Assembly: GCA_030833445.1 (NCBI GenBank)
Contig: JAURHD010000017.1
Coordinates: 996-64,995 of the forward strand
DNA length: 64,000 bases
Origin: Cephaloticoccus sp.
GTDB lineage: Bacteria > Verrucomicrobiota > Verrucomicrobiia > Opitutales > Opitutaceae
Direction of reading: 5' to 3'
Part shown: positions 8,960 through 18,834 of the stretch, in pieces
Position numbering within the stretch: the first letter of the stretch is position 1
Layout of the letters: the number at the start of each line of letters is the position of its first letter
Position numbers and translations under genes: made by a program
The notes under the pieces: model-generated
What the model saw: only the letters and a program-made list of their open reading frames with translations
Told to the model about the DNA's origin: nothing
Databases searched by the model: none

Positions 8960-9652
8960 TTAGAATTTCGCACCAGAAATGAAAATCGGCCAGAGCGCCT
9001 GAAACTCTTGGGCGAGCACCGACTTGACTTCGTTAAGATCGAGTTCGCGACCTAGTTCGGCCTGCACGGTGGTCACCGTCCCTTCGCCCGCCGCGATGCC
9101 GCAGGGCACGATGCCTTGGAAGTGCTGGAGGTTGGCGTTCACGTTGAGGGCAAACCCATGGTAGGCCACCCAGCGCTTCACCGCGATGCCGATGGCGGCG
9201 ACCTTGCGCGACCCCAGCCAGATGCCGGTCAGACCTTCGCGGCGACCTGCCACGAGGCCGAGGGCGCCGACCGCATTGATCAGGACCTGTTCGAGAAAAC
9301 GCAGGTAGGCGTGCAAATCGCGACGCGGATCCAGTGACACGATGGGATAACCCACGATCTGCCCCGGTCCGTGATAAGTGATGTCGCCGCCACGATTGGT
9401 CTTGGCCACGGTCACCCCTGCTTGGGTGAGCTGCTCGGCATTCCAAACCAGATGCCGGTCGGCGCCGGTTCGCAGACCCACCGTGAAAACCGGATCATGC
9501 TCCGTGAATACGAGGGTGTCACCTGTCCGCCCCGCTATCCGGTCCGCCACCGCCGCGTCCTGCCGCCGCAAGCCTTCCCCATAGGTCGTCCGGCCCCAGT
9601 CATCCACGATGACGGGGTGGGCGTTGGTGCGAGGTTCGGCGGGCATGGACAT
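8960..9652 (-). CDS. lipB: Lipoyl(octanoyl) transferase
   Basis: Contains NRGGDITYHGPGQIVGYPI and GIWLGSRKVAAIGI. Start placed at ATG 9652 (MSMPAEP...), or alternatively at 9646. Confidence 0.85.
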   Translation of the reverse strand: MSMPAEPRTNAHPVIVDDWGRTTYGEGLRRQDAAVADRIAGRTGDTLVFTEHDPVFTVGLRTGADRHLVWNAEQLTQAGVTVAKTNRGGDITYHGPGQIVGYPIVSLDPRRDLHAYLRFLEQVLINAVGALGLVAGRREGLTGIWLGSRKVAAIGIAVKRWVAYHGFALNVNANLQHFQGIVPCGIAAGEGTVTTVQAELGRELDLNEVKSVLAQEFQALWPIFISGAKF

Positions 9653-9750
9653 CAAGTTTACCACAATATCCGGCGGTGCAACTCCCGGTTGAAGACACGG
9701 CGCGCACTTGCGTTGGGGCAGGCGCTGGCCTTGCATCCCAGTCTCACCCC

Positions 9751-10857
9751 ATGACCCCGCTTGCGATGAACAACCTCCTCGGGCAGCTGCCGTTTCAAGC
9801 CGGCGCCGTGACCCGCATGATCAATGCCGAGAATCCCACCGGAGAAAAGGGTGGTGCCGCCAAGTGGGATCCCAATCCGGAGGATCCGTTTCTCGCGCAC
9901 AGCGGTCCGGCGGCACACTTGGGCCGCGGCTGGAAAGTGCGGCCCTTCATCAGTCTCAAGGCCGGCGAGACGGCCACGCTGGCGGACATCCAGGGGCCGG
10001 GCTGCGTCAACCAATTCTGGATCACGGCCAGTGCGGACGAATTCCGCACGCTGGTCCTGCGCATGTATTGGGATGACGAGGAGAATCCTTCGGTCGAGGC
10101 GCCGTTGGGTGATTTTTTTGCGATGGGTTTCGATACGCATCCGCATCAGGTAAATTCGCTGCCCGTCGTGGTCGCGCCGCATCGCGGCTGCAGTTGCTAC
10201 TGGCAGATGCCGTTTCGGAAGAGCGCTCGCATTACCCTGAGCAATGAAAACAAAACCGACGTTAAAATCATCGCCTACAAGGTGCTCTACAAACTGCATG
10301 AAGTTCCCGTGGATGCGGCTTACTTTCACGCGCAGTGGCGGCGCAGTCTGACCACCCGCGAGCATCCCGAACACACAATCCTTGATGGGGTCAAGGGACG
10401 CGGGCTCTACGTTGGCACCTACCTGGCTTGGACGGCGCTCTCTCGCGGTTGGTGGGGCGAGGGCGAGGTGAAATTCTACATCGATGGCGACGGGGAGTTT
10501 CCGACGATCTGTGACAACGGCACCGAAGACTATTTCAGCGGCGCATGGGGGTTCTTCAAGGATCCCAAGAAGGACATGGTGGAACAGGCCTTCAACACGC
10601 CGTTTGTCGGCATGCCGCTGGCACATGTGACCGGTCCGGACACGCCGCGCTATTTCAGTCTCTACCGCTGGCATGTGCTCGACAGCATCGGTTTCGAAAA
10701 AGACCTGCGTGTCACGGTGCAGACCCTCGGCTGGTGGCCGGGGCACATCTACCAACCCCTGACCGACGACGTGGCTTCAACAGCATTTTGGTATCAGTGT
10801 GAGCCGCATGTGGCCTATCCCAAATTCCCCGGCCTCAACGACCGCTGGCAACGATGA
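9751..10857 (+). CDS. DUF2961 / GH172-family glycoside hydrolase-like protein
   Basis: The stretches IQGPGCVNQFWIT, GDFFAMG, GRGLYVG and GEGEVKFYIDGD fit the DUF2961 double-jelly-roll family as I remember it. Start at ATG 9751. The stop overlaps the next start (ATGA). Confidence 0.65.
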   Translation: MTPLAMNNLLGQLPFQAGAVTRMINAENPTGEKGGAAKWDPNPEDPFLAHSGPAAHLGRGWKVRPFISLKAGETATLADIQGPGCVNQFWITASADEFRTLVLRMYWDDEENPSVEAPLGDFFAMGFDTHPHQVNSLPVVVAPHRGCSCYWQMPFRKSARITLSNENKTDVKIIAYKVLYKLHEVPVDAAYFHAQWRRSLTTREHPEHTILDGVKGRGLYVGTYLAWTALSRGWWGEGEVKFYIDGDGEFPTICDNGTEDYFSGAWGFFKDPKKDMVEQAFNTPFVGMPLAHVTGPDTPRYFSLYRWHVLDSIGFEKDLRVTVQTLGWWPGHIYQPLTDDVASTAFWYQCEPHVAYPKFPGLNDRWQR

Positions 10858-11810
10858 GTTTTGAGAACATGGACTACAAGTGCTACCGTGATGCGGTGGC
10901 TCGGCAGCGTTCCCATCAGGAGGATTGGCTGAAGGTTGGCTACGCTCCGCTCGGTTTCTATTTGAAGGATTTCTGCCTGCATGAAGTGGACGGCACGTGG
11001 CACCTCTATCACATCACCGGCACACCGGGAGTCAGTTGCTGTTTGCCGGGCAACGAGGTGTTTTTTGGTCACGCGACGACTCGCGACTTTGTCACTTGGG
11101 AAACGCATGAACCCTGTTTCTTCATCGATGTGCGCGGGTGGGATCACGGGCATGTCTTCGCTCCCTATGTAATTTCACGCGGCGACAAACATTGGATGTT
11201 TTATACCGGCGTCGCCACGGACAACACGCAGCGCATTGGCGTGGCGACCTCAACCGACTTGTTCAAATGGGAACGCGCCGGCGACCGTCCGGTGATCCGG
11301 CCCGAGGAATACGGGTGGGCGTTTTGTCCGACGACCGGCGGGGCGGCCTGCCGCGATGCGCACGTGATCGAGCACTACGGGAAGTTTCAGCTGTATTACG
11401 CCGCGGTCAAAAAGGACGGCAACGGCTGCGTCGCGCGCGCGTCCTCCACCGATCTGCTACATTGGCAGGACGAGGGGATTTGCTACGGCTTCAACGCATG
11501 GAACCAGTGCGAATCCAGCAATGTGCAGCACTTGGCTGATGGCCGCTGGCGGCTATTCTTCGGCGGGCACCATGCCTGGAGTTATGTCGACAGTGACAAT
11601 CCTCTCCGCTGGCCGGATGTCACTCCGACCAAACTGCGCGACGACATCACCGGCATGGAGGTGATCCGCCGCCAAGGTGACCGCTGGTTGGTCGCCTATT
11701 TCGGCCTGCGTTACTACCGGCTCTTGGTCGGCGTGATTGACTGGTCGGCCGCTGAACCGACGATCGCCCAGATCACGGCGCGTGCGGAGTTGACCGATTT
11801 TGGGTTGTAA
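10854..11810 (+). CDS. Five-bladed beta-propeller glycoside hydrolase-like protein (GH32/43/68 clan)
   Basis: Motifs seen: WHLYHI, FGHATTRDFVTWE, HWMFYTG, IGVATSTDLFKWER, CRDAHVI (RDP-like) and ESSNV (EC-like). The family assignment is tentative. Confidence 0.5.
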   Translation: MSFENMDYKCYRDAVARQRSHQEDWLKVGYAPLGFYLKDFCLHEVDGTWHLYHITGTPGVSCCLPGNEVFFGHATTRDFVTWETHEPCFFIDVRGWDHGHVFAPYVISRGDKHWMFYTGVATDNTQRIGVATSTDLFKWERAGDRPVIRPEEYGWAFCPTTGGAACRDAHVIEHYGKFQLYYAAVKKDGNGCVARASSTDLLHWQDEGICYGFNAWNQCESSNVQHLADGRWRLFFGGHHAWSYVDSDNPLRWPDVTPTKLRDDITGMEVIRRQGDRWLVAYFGLRYYRLLVGVIDWSAAEPTIAQITARAELTDFGL

Positions 11811-11812
11811 TC

Positions 11813-11888
11813 TGTAGGGCGGAATCGCCTGATCGCGCATCGACCAGTATTGGGGATCGAACAGGCGGGGTCAGCGACCCCGCCCTAG
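11813..11888. repeat. REP/REPIN-like palindromic doublet (copy A)
   Basis: Begins tGTAGggcgg. The right arm is caggcggggtc-agc-gaccccgccctag, a 9-bp hairpin at 11864-11884. The left arm is degenerate. It lies between convergent gene ends at 11810 and 11902. Confidence 0.7.
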
Positions 11889-11901
11889 AATATCATGGCA
11901 A

Positions 11902-13062
11902 TTAATTCGCGGTTGCGAGCTGCTTGCCGAAGAAGCGATCCATCCACACGGCTATGACACCGTCGCCCGTCACATTTGTGGCGGTGCCAAAGCTGTCCTG
12001 CGCGAGGTAGAGCGCGATCATCAGTGCGACTTGGGCCTCGTTGAAACCCAGCATGGAGGTCAGGAGGCCGATGGCTGACATGACCGCACCACCGGGCGCG
12101 CCGGGGGCGGCGATCATGATCACGCCGAGCATCATGATGAAGGGGAACATCGCGGCGAGCGAAGGGATGCCCACGCCGGGAGTCATCAGCATCACCGCAC
12201 TGGCACAAGTCACGAGGGTGATGGTCGAGCCGGACAAGTGAATGTTGGCGCAGAGTGGCACCACGAAATTGGCGATCGGTTCACTGACCTTGGCCGACTT
12301 GACCGAGCGCAGCGTGACGGGAATTGTAGCTGCACTCGACATCGTGCCGAGGGCAGTGAAATACGCCGGGAGCATGTTGCGAATAAGCTCAAGCGGCGAA
12401 CGGCCGTTGAGGATCCCGGTGACGATGAAGAGCGCGCTGAGCCAGACCCAGTGCATGATGACGACCAGCACCAATACCTTGCCGAAAGCGTGCAGAGTAG
12501 TGAACACGCTGCCATCCGCGGCCATGGCCGCGAACACGCCGGCGATGTAGAGCGGGAGGAGCGGGATGATGACTTTGCTGAGCAGCCCCTCAATCACCGT
12601 GGTCCCTTGGTTAAAAAATGAGCGCAGCGTTTCACTGCGGTTGGCGCTGATGCCGATGCCGAAGATAAAGGCGGCCACGAGTCCGCTGATCACGCCGAAC
12701 AATGGCGGAATCTCCAAACTGAAGTAGCCGACATGCATGGCGGTCTCCTGACCAGCCTCGGCGGCCTGCGGCGCGAGCATCGGCAGCATGACACTGGCGA
12801 CGAGGAAGGCGAGGGTGCCGGCCAAGAGCGTAGAGCCATACGAAAATGCCACCGTGCGTCCCAGTAATTTACCCGATCCGCTCGGCAGGCTCGCGATCCC
12901 ATTGGTTATATAGAACAAGATGATCAGCGGAATCGTGAATTTGATCAACTGACCGATGACCGCGTAGACGGTGAGAAGGGTGCGTATGGTCCAGTCGGGT
13001 GAATACAGGCCGATCAGGATGCCGGCGGCCATGCCGATGATGAGTTTGAGGATGATTTTCAT
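11902..13062 (-). CDS. Dicarboxylate/amino acid:cation symporter (DAACS) family transporter
   Basis: 386 aa and polytopic. The C-terminal part (SSAATIPV, PLCANIHLSGSTIT, GAPGGAV, LAQDSFGTATNVTGDG) resembles the reentrant-loop motifs of SstT/GltP-type carriers. Confidence 0.8.
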   Translation of the reverse strand: MKIILKLIIGMAAGILIGLYSPDWTIRTLLTVYAVIGQLIKFTIPLIILFYITNGIASLPSGSGKLLGRTVAFSYGSTLLAGTLAFLVASVMLPMLAPQAAEAGQETAMHVGYFSLEIPPLFGVISGLVAAFIFGIGISANRSETLRSFFNQGTTVIEGLLSKVIIPLLPLYIAGVFAAMAADGSVFTTLHAFGKVLVLVVIMHWVWLSALFIVTGILNGRSPLELIRNMLPAYFTALGTMSSAATIPVTLRSVKSAKVSEPIANFVVPLCANIHLSGSTITLVTCASAVMLMTPGVGIPSLAAMFPFIMMLGVIMIAAPGAPGGAVMSAIGLLTSMLGFNEAQVALMIALYLAQDSFGTATNVTGDGVIAVWMDRFFGKQLATAN

Positions 13063-13087
13063 GGTGTTAGTGGTGGCTGGGGAGAAA

Positions 13088-14350
13088 TCAGATCAACCAG
13101 AGTCCGCCGATGCCGGCAAGCGCCGTGAAGCCGAGGACGATGGCTATGTCGCGACGAAGTTTGGGTGCACCCAAGCTGATGGCGAGACCGGCTTTGAGCA
13201 ATGAGTTGCCCACGGCGGCCACGACGACCGCTTTGGCTGCCAGCTCAGCGGTCAGTGATAGACTCGTGACGTTGTCCGCCATCGAAAGCGCAATGGCATC
13301 CATGTCGGTCAAACCGGAGACGAAACTCAAGGGCAGCAACCCGGAGTGCAGCAGATCGAATTGCAGTGCCGCTTTGACCAAAAAGCCAATCAGAGCATAG
13401 AGCAGGGCAAACTTTACTGCGGTCATCAGACTGAGCGGATTGGTGATCTGCGGCGCATCCACGGGCGTGACTCCCGGACGGTGAACGAACCACATCCAAG
13501 CGCCGAAAATAACTCCGGGCAGGAGCATACACGCAAACGGGGCGATCAGCTTGGCCGCCAACTCCGGGTTGAGCACCCAGACAGTCAAGGCCACGCGTGG
13601 CAGCATCACACTGCAGGCTATCACGACGGCCATGGCATAATGCTCGGCCATCGCGGGGCTTTCCTTGCTGCGCCGGGTAAACGCGAGGGTAGTGGCGGTG
13701 CTGGAAGCGATGCCGCCAAACAGACTGGTGAGAATGATGCCGGCACGGGTTCCCAGCAGTCGCATGGCGATGTAGCCGACAAACCCCAGCCCGGAAATGA
13801 GCACGACCATCATCCACGTGGAAAACGGATTGAAGGCATCGTAGGGCCCGAAATTGCGATTGGGCACGAGGGGTAGGATGACGCCGGTGATCGCCACGAA
13901 TTGCAGGGTGGCGCGGATATCCTCGGGCTTGAACGCCCGCGTCCATGAGTGCAGCGGCTGTTTCAGTCCCAGCATCACCATCGTGGTGCCCGCGACCACG
14001 ATCGCGATCTGCCGCTGATCCCAGTAAACGAGGGCTCCGATCATGATTGTCAGCAAGGCGGAGGCGAAAGTCGTGCTCCCGGTCAATTGACCCTGAGTCC
14101 GGCGGACCGAGAGCAACTGGTGTGATCCCACCAACGCCAGAACGACGATGAGCATGACGGGCATTTCCGGCGGACTGAGTGCCGCGCCCAGGCAGCCCAG
14201 TATGGCCCAAAAAGTATAGGTGCGCACCCCGCCCAAATCGACGGCATCCTTGTGCTCGGTCTGGGCGCTCCATTGCCGGATGAGCCCAACGAGTGCCCCC
14301 AAGCAGGCACTCACCACCAGCGAGATCATCAGTTGAGGGCCGTTCAGCAC
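13088..14350 (-). CDS. MgtC/SapB-family N-terminal domain plus DUF4010 membrane protein
   Basis: 420-aa polytopic ORF with a GTG start. The N-terminus SLVVSACLGALVGLIRQW is MgtC-like. The overall architecture is recalled from memory. Confidence 0.65.
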   Translation of the reverse strand: MLNGPQLMISLVVSACLGALVGLIRQWSAQTEHKDAVDLGGVRTYTFWAILGCLGAALSPPEMPVMLIVVLALVGSHQLLSVRRTQGQLTGSTTFASALLTIMIGALVYWDQRQIAIVVAGTTMVMLGLKQPLHSWTRAFKPEDIRATLQFVAITGVILPLVPNRNFGPYDAFNPFSTWMMVVLISGLGFVGYIAMRLLGTRAGIILTSLFGGIASSTATTLAFTRRSKESPAMAEHYAMAVVIACSVMLPRVALTVWVLNPELAAKLIAPFACMLLPGVIFGAWMWFVHRPGVTPVDAPQITNPLSLMTAVKFALLYALIGFLVKAALQFDLLHSGLLPLSFVSGLTDMDAIALSMADNVTSLSLTAELAAKAVVVAAVGNSLLKAGLAISLGAPKLRRDIAIVLGFTALAGIGGLWLI

Positions 14351-14459
14351 GACTCAGAGCTTGGGGCGACAAAACTTGGCCGCAAGCGATTCCCTGATCC
14401 GCACCATGGAAGTTTCCATTTGCCCCACGGCCCCTGCGGTGGCTAATTCCTCCGTTTCC

Positions 14460-15944
14460 ATGAGCGACACACCAGCCGATATTTCCCACGACCAGCACGC
14501 GGTGCGCCGTCAAAAGCTCGCCGATTTGCGTGCTACCGGCTTTGACCCGTTCCGTGCCAGCGTCTCGCCGACCCATTTCTCGCAGGAGGCCATTGCGCAA
14601 TACGTCGATGAACAGGACAACACCGTCACCGTCACGGTGGCCGGCCGGTTGATCACCTTCCGCGTCCAAGGTGGCAGCTCGTTCGTGAAAATCCAAGACC
14701 AGCAGGGCATCATTCAGCTTTACTTCCGCAAGGACGTGATCGGCGAAGAACGCTACCTGGTATTCAAGAAGCAGCTCGACCTCGGCGATCTCATTGGCGT
14801 CACCGGCACACTCTTCAAGACCAAGACCGGTGAGATCACCGTGCGCGTCGAATCATTCACGCTCGTGGCCAAGGCCCTGCGTCCGCTCCCCGAGAAGTGG
14901 CATGGCCTTAGTGATCCGGAGCAGGTTTATCGCCAGCGCTACCTCGATCTCATCGTCAACCAAGAGTCGCGCCAGCGCCTGATGACGCGTTCGCGCATCG
15001 TTTCGCACATCCGCCGGTTTTTGGAGGATCGCAAGTTCCTCGAGGTCGAGACCCCGGTCTTGCAAGGCGTAGCCGGCGGTGCCGCGGCCCGGCCATTCCA
15101 GACGCATCACAACGCGCTCAACACCGATTTCGTGCTACGCATATCGCTCGAACTTTACCTCAAGCGCATGCTCGTGGGCGGCTACGACCGGGTCTTCGAG
15201 ATCGGCCGCAACTTCCGCAACGAAGGCGTCTCCCGCCGGCACAATCCCGAGTTCACCATGCTCGAGGTTTACCAGGCTTACAGCGACTACCGTGGGATGA
15301 TGACCCTCGTTCAGGACTTGTTTCGCTCGCTCTGCACGGATGTGCTCGGCACGTCGCAGATCAACCATGCCGCGTCAGGCGAGACCATTGATTTCGCCGC
15401 CGAGTGGCGTGAAGTGAAGTATAAGGACCTCATTCGCGAGAAGACCGGCAACCCGGACTGGTTCAGCCTTTCCAAGGCTGACAAGATCGCGGGCGCTGAG
15501 GCGCTTGGACTCAAGGTCGATCCGGCCTGGGAAGACTACGAGGTTACCAACGAGATTTTCGGCAAGCTGATCGAGCCCAAGCTCATCCAGCCGACCTTTG
15601 TCACGCACCTGCCCAAGGAGCTTTGCCCGCTGGCCAAGCTTACGCTCGATGACCCGAGCACCATCGACGTGTTCGAGCTGATCATCGGCGGCATGGAAAT
15701 CGCCCCCGCCTACTCGGAGCAGAACGACCCCGACGTGCAGCGCCAGATGTTCGAGGCGCAGGCCGGCGAGGAAGTGCAGAACATCGACCAGGACTTCCTG
15801 CTCGCGCTCGAGCACGGCATGCCCCCGGCCGGTGGCATGGGCATCGGCATCGACCGGCTTTGCATCCTGCTGACCGGGGCCGAGAGTATCCGCGACGTGA
15901 TTCTCTTTCCTCAGCTGCGCACGACTGCAGCGGATTCCAAATAA
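14460..15944 (+). CDS. lysS: Lysine--tRNA ligase (class II)
   Basis: Motifs FLEVETPVLQ, FEIGRNFRNEG, NPEFTMLEVYQAY and GMGIGIDRL. Start at ATG 14460 (MSDTPADIS...). Confidence 0.9.
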   Translation: MSDTPADISHDQHAVRRQKLADLRATGFDPFRASVSPTHFSQEAIAQYVDEQDNTVTVTVAGRLITFRVQGGSSFVKIQDQQGIIQLYFRKDVIGEERYLVFKKQLDLGDLIGVTGTLFKTKTGEITVRVESFTLVAKALRPLPEKWHGLSDPEQVYRQRYLDLIVNQESRQRLMTRSRIVSHIRRFLEDRKFLEVETPVLQGVAGGAAARPFQTHHNALNTDFVLRISLELYLKRMLVGGYDRVFEIGRNFRNEGVSRRHNPEFTMLEVYQAYSDYRGMMTLVQDLFRSLCTDVLGTSQINHAASGETIDFAAEWREVKYKDLIREKTGNPDWFSLSKADKIAGAEALGLKVDPAWEDYEVTNEIFGKLIEPKLIQPTFVTHLPKELCPLAKLTLDDPSTIDVFELIIGGMEIAPAYSEQNDPDVQRQMFEAQAGEEVQNIDQDFLLALEHGMPPAGGMGIGIDRLCILLTGAESIRDVILFPQLRTTAADSK

Positions 15945-15948
15945 GGAC

Positions 15949-15981
15949 ATGGCCGCAAAAAGGCACAGAAGTCGCAAAAAG
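15949..15981. repeat. 33-nt intergenic repeat, copy 2 (atggccgcaaaaaggcacagaagtcgcaaaaag)
   Basis: 29/33 identical to 8904-8936. A partial inverted copy, ctttttgcg at 16000-16008, can pair with cgcaaaaag at 15973-15981. Confidence 0.8.
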
Positions 15982-16028
15982 TGGCTGGTTGCCTTTGAGC
16001 TTTTTGCGCATCTTTACGGCTGATCGTC

Positions 16029-17264
16029 ATGCCTTGGTATCTCTATCTCGCCCTCAAGCAGCTTTTCCCGACGGGGCGGAAGTTTCCTTTTTTCACGGCG
16101 ATCTCGGTGTTGGGCGTGGCCTTGGGCGTGGCGTTGCTGATCGTTTCGATCAGTGTGATGGGCGGCTTTGGGCACCAGATCCGCCAGATGATCGTGGACA
16201 CGCAAGGCGATGTGCAGGTGCGCGCCAATGGGCTGATCCAGCGGCCGGACGATTTACTGCAGCGGGTTGAAGGCGTCCCGGGCGTGGTCGCGGCGACCCC
16301 GTTTGCCGAAGGCGTGGCGATGATGGAGTTTGACCAGAAGCCGGCGTTCCCGGTGATCCAAGGCATCGATATCACGCGGGTGGACAAGGTCGTGCCGTTG
16401 CGGCGTTACGTGCGGATCGGGTCGATGGATGATCTCGATGACGATTCCGTAATCCTGAGTGCGCAACTGGCGATTTCCCTCGGTGCACGCATCGGCAGCA
16501 CGGTGGAGGTGTATTCGCCGCTGTTGTTGGAGAAGATCAAAAACGATGAGGTAATGCTCCCGCGCGAACTGCAGGTCGTGGGTATTTTTGAAATCGGCCA
16601 CCAGCAGCTCGACAGCTCGGTGGTGTTGGTGACGTTACGCACCATGCAGGACCTCTACGGGCTCGGGCTTTCGATCCATGGCATCAATGTCAAGATCGCG
16701 CCCAAGGCCGATCCCGATGCGATTGCCCGCAAGATTAATTCTGCCATCGGCGCCCAGCACAACGCCGTGGCGCGTTCGTGGATCGATGCCAACCAAGACT
16801 TTCTCTTCGTGCTCCAACTGGAGAAGAACATGATCTTCTTCCTGCTGACCTTTATCATCGTCGTGGCGGCGTTTTCGGTGACGAGCTCGCTGCTCATTTC
16901 GGTCGTGCGCAAGACCCGGGAGATCGGCCTGCTCGGCGCCCTCGGTGGCAAACCGCGGCACGTGGCCGCGTGCTTTTGCTTTCAGGGATTCTTCATCGGC
17001 CTGACGGGAACCGCAGTTGGCTTATTGCTGGGGTTTGGATTCCTGCACGTGCGCAATGACCTGATCCGCGTTTTCACCCAATTGACCGGCAGTGAAGAAG
17101 TGCTCGCGCGGTTTTATCAGTTCGCAGAGCTGCCTTCTTATTCCGATCCACGTGACATCACGCTGATCGTGGTGGCGGCGATTGTGATCTCAACTTTGGC
17201 CGGGCTGCTGCCCGCATGGCGCGCGGCGAAACTCAAACCGGTGGAGGCCTTGCGCAATGAATAA
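16029..17264 (+). CDS. Lipoprotein-releasing ABC transporter permease (LolC/E family, FtsX-like)
   Basis: The N-terminus MPWYLYLALKQLFPTGRKFPFF is typical of LolC/E. A MacB-like periplasmic domain is followed by C-terminal FtsX helices. It overlaps the next gene by 8 nt. Confidence 0.8.
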   Translation: MPWYLYLALKQLFPTGRKFPFFTAISVLGVALGVALLIVSISVMGGFGHQIRQMIVDTQGDVQVRANGLIQRPDDLLQRVEGVPGVVAATPFAEGVAMMEFDQKPAFPVIQGIDITRVDKVVPLRRYVRIGSMDDLDDDSVILSAQLAISLGARIGSTVEVYSPLLLEKIKNDEVMLPRELQVVGIFEIGHQQLDSSVVLVTLRTMQDLYGLGLSIHGINVKIAPKADPDAIARKINSAIGAQHNAVARSWIDANQDFLFVLQLEKNMIFFLLTFIIVVAAFSVTSSLLISVVRKTREIGLLGALGGKPRHVAACFCFQGFFIGLTGTAVGLLLGFGFLHVRNDLIRVFTQLTGSEEVLARFYQFAELPSYSDPRDITLIVVAAIVISTLAGLLPAWRAAKLKPVEALRNE

Positions 17265-17898
17265 CCCGGTCCTTACAGCCGTCGACGTGCGCAAGACCTT
17301 CATCAGCGGTGACCGTCGTATCGAGGTGCTGCGCGGGGCCGCCTTGTCAGTGCATGCCGGCGAGTCCGTCAGCATCAGTGGCGAATCCGGCTCGGGCAAA
17401 TCGACCTTGTTGCAACTGTTGGCGCGACTCGATGAACCTGACACGGGCAGTATTACCTGGGGTGGGTCGGCCGAACGGGCTGATTACCTCGGCATGGTCT
17501 TTCAGTCGTTTTACCTGATTCCGGAAATGGATGCCTTGGCCAATGTGCTGATGGCCGCCCGTATCCGAGGCGCAGTGGGCAAGGCCGAGAAGGCAAGGGC
17601 GGCCGAACTGCTCGCCCGGGTGGGACTGGCGGAACGCGCCACGCACCTGCCGGCGCAACTATCCGGCGGGGAGCGTCAACGCGTGGCCGTGGCCCGGGCG
17701 CTGATGAACAACCCCAAGCTCATACTGGCCGACGAGCCGACCGGCAACCTCGACGAACGCACGGGAGAAGGCGTGATCGAGTTGTTGCTCAATCTCTGCC
17801 GGGAAACGGAAACGGCCTTGGTGCTGGTGACGCACAACGCCGCGCATGCCGCCCGCTGCGCCCGCCGCCTCGTGCTGCACGAGGGTGTGTTGAGCTGA
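17257..17898 (+). CDS. lolD: Lipoprotein-releasing ABC transporter ATP-binding protein
   Basis: Walker A GESGSGKST, signature LSGGERQRVAVARAL and Walker B ILADEPTGNLD. The gene lies next to the LolC/E permease. Confidence 0.8.
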   Translation: MNNPVLTAVDVRKTFISGDRRIEVLRGAALSVHAGESVSISGESGSGKSTLLQLLARLDEPDTGSITWGGSAERADYLGMVFQSFYLIPEMDALANVLMAARIRGAVGKAEKARAAELLARVGLAERATHLPAQLSGGERQRVAVARALMNNPKLILADEPTGNLDERTGEGVIELLLNLCRETETALVLVTHNAAHAARCARRLVLHEGVLS

Positions 17899-17946
17899 AA
17901 TTGCACGCTGCCTAGAAGTGTCCGCAATTTTTACCGCCTGCCGGGT

Positions 17947-18714
17947 TTATAGCCAAAGTGCCGGCAGGGCATGAATCACGATATCAACGGAGAAATGAGC
18001 CACCATGGCCGCGATGAGGCTTCGTTTCCAGTAGCACCAGCCGTAGAGAATCCCGACCGCGGTGTTGCCCGCAACAGTGCCACTGATTGCGAATGGTGAA
18101 CCTGCGCCGTAGGAGATCAATTGCGGCAGATGAGCCATGCCAAAGGCAATCGCGCATACGAGGATGACAGTCCAGACGATCGCCGGGCGGGGGGAGCGGT
18201 TACTGAAGATGCGGGCGGCGCCCCACACCAGCAGGGTCATCAGACCCAGCCGAAACCAGACTTCCTCCGCGACAGCGGCACCAAACGAGACGGCCAGACC
18301 ACCGACAAACCCCCGATGGCCGTAAACGGGAGTATCCGGGGGAAGGTATGGCGCACTCAGGTGCCGGATCACGATCAGTAGCCCGCCCAACGCGACACCG
18401 AGCACACCGGCCAAAAGGACGTCTCTACCCAACCGTTTGCGGATGTCGGATTCGCCGGCAATCAGTGGCGCGCCCAACCCGACCGACGGTCCCAGGGCGA
18501 GTCCGATCCAAAGTGCCGGCAACGTGATCACGCTGAGCGCGAGCACGCTGGGCCGGATCAGTGACGCAAAGCCCTGCTCCATGTGGACGCGGCCAAAGGC
18601 CAGACCCACCAACTGCGCCGTAATCGTCAGGACGAACAGAACGATCAGCGGCAGACCGATGCGTGGGCGGGTGACCGTCGAGGTTTCTGACGATGTGGGA
18701 TGGGCTACAGGCAT
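17947..18714 (-). CDS. CPBP family intramembrane glutamic endopeptidase (CAAX protease-like)
   Basis: Motifs EEVWFRLGL, FGMAHL and AHFSVD. Start set at ATG 18714 (MPVAHPTS...). The 107-aa upstream extension in the track is Arg-rich and implausible. Confidence 0.7.
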   Translation of the reverse strand: MPVAHPTSSETSTVTRPRIGLPLIVLFVLTITAQLVGLAFGRVHMEQGFASLIRPSVLALSVITLPALWIGLALGPSVGLGAPLIAGESDIRKRLGRDVLLAGVLGVALGGLLIVIRHLSAPYLPPDTPVYGHRGFVGGLAVSFGAAVAEEVWFRLGLMTLLVWGAARIFSNRSPRPAIVWTVILVCAIAFGMAHLPQLISYGAGSPFAISGTVAGNTAVGILYGWCYWKRSLIAAMVAHFSVDIVIHALPALWL

Positions 18715-18834
18715 TATGAGGGATTTCGGGTTTCGTTGGGACTGGAGCGCGTGTCCCGGCACATGGATTGTTTTGCCCGAAAGACGGTGACGAGTCCCGC
18801 GCAAAATAGCCGGAAGAATGCGCCCACGCAGATT

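Noticed and set aside
8904-8963. Mini-ORFs starting at the ATG of the 33-nt repeats: MAAKTHTKRKKKNPAGTLS (8904..8963) and MAAKRHRSRKKWLVAFELFAHLYG (15949..16023).
   Set aside because: The SD-like purines lie only 1-3 nt from the ATG. The peptides diverge immediately after the repeat. One copy is antisense to its surrounding operon. The similarity is better explained at the DNA level.
9658-10755. Long antisense 'shadow' ORFs opposite real genes: 9658..10755, 13245..14696, 48848..50095, 40233..41258, 27443..28366, 2519..3430, 37296..38243, 1291..2160, 20236..20946, 45478..46083 and 77..481.
   Set aside because: Their translations are Arg/Gly/Pro/His-rich and of low complexity, with no recognisable motifs. 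Each lies opposite a gene with clear family signatures, which is typical of GC-rich DNA.
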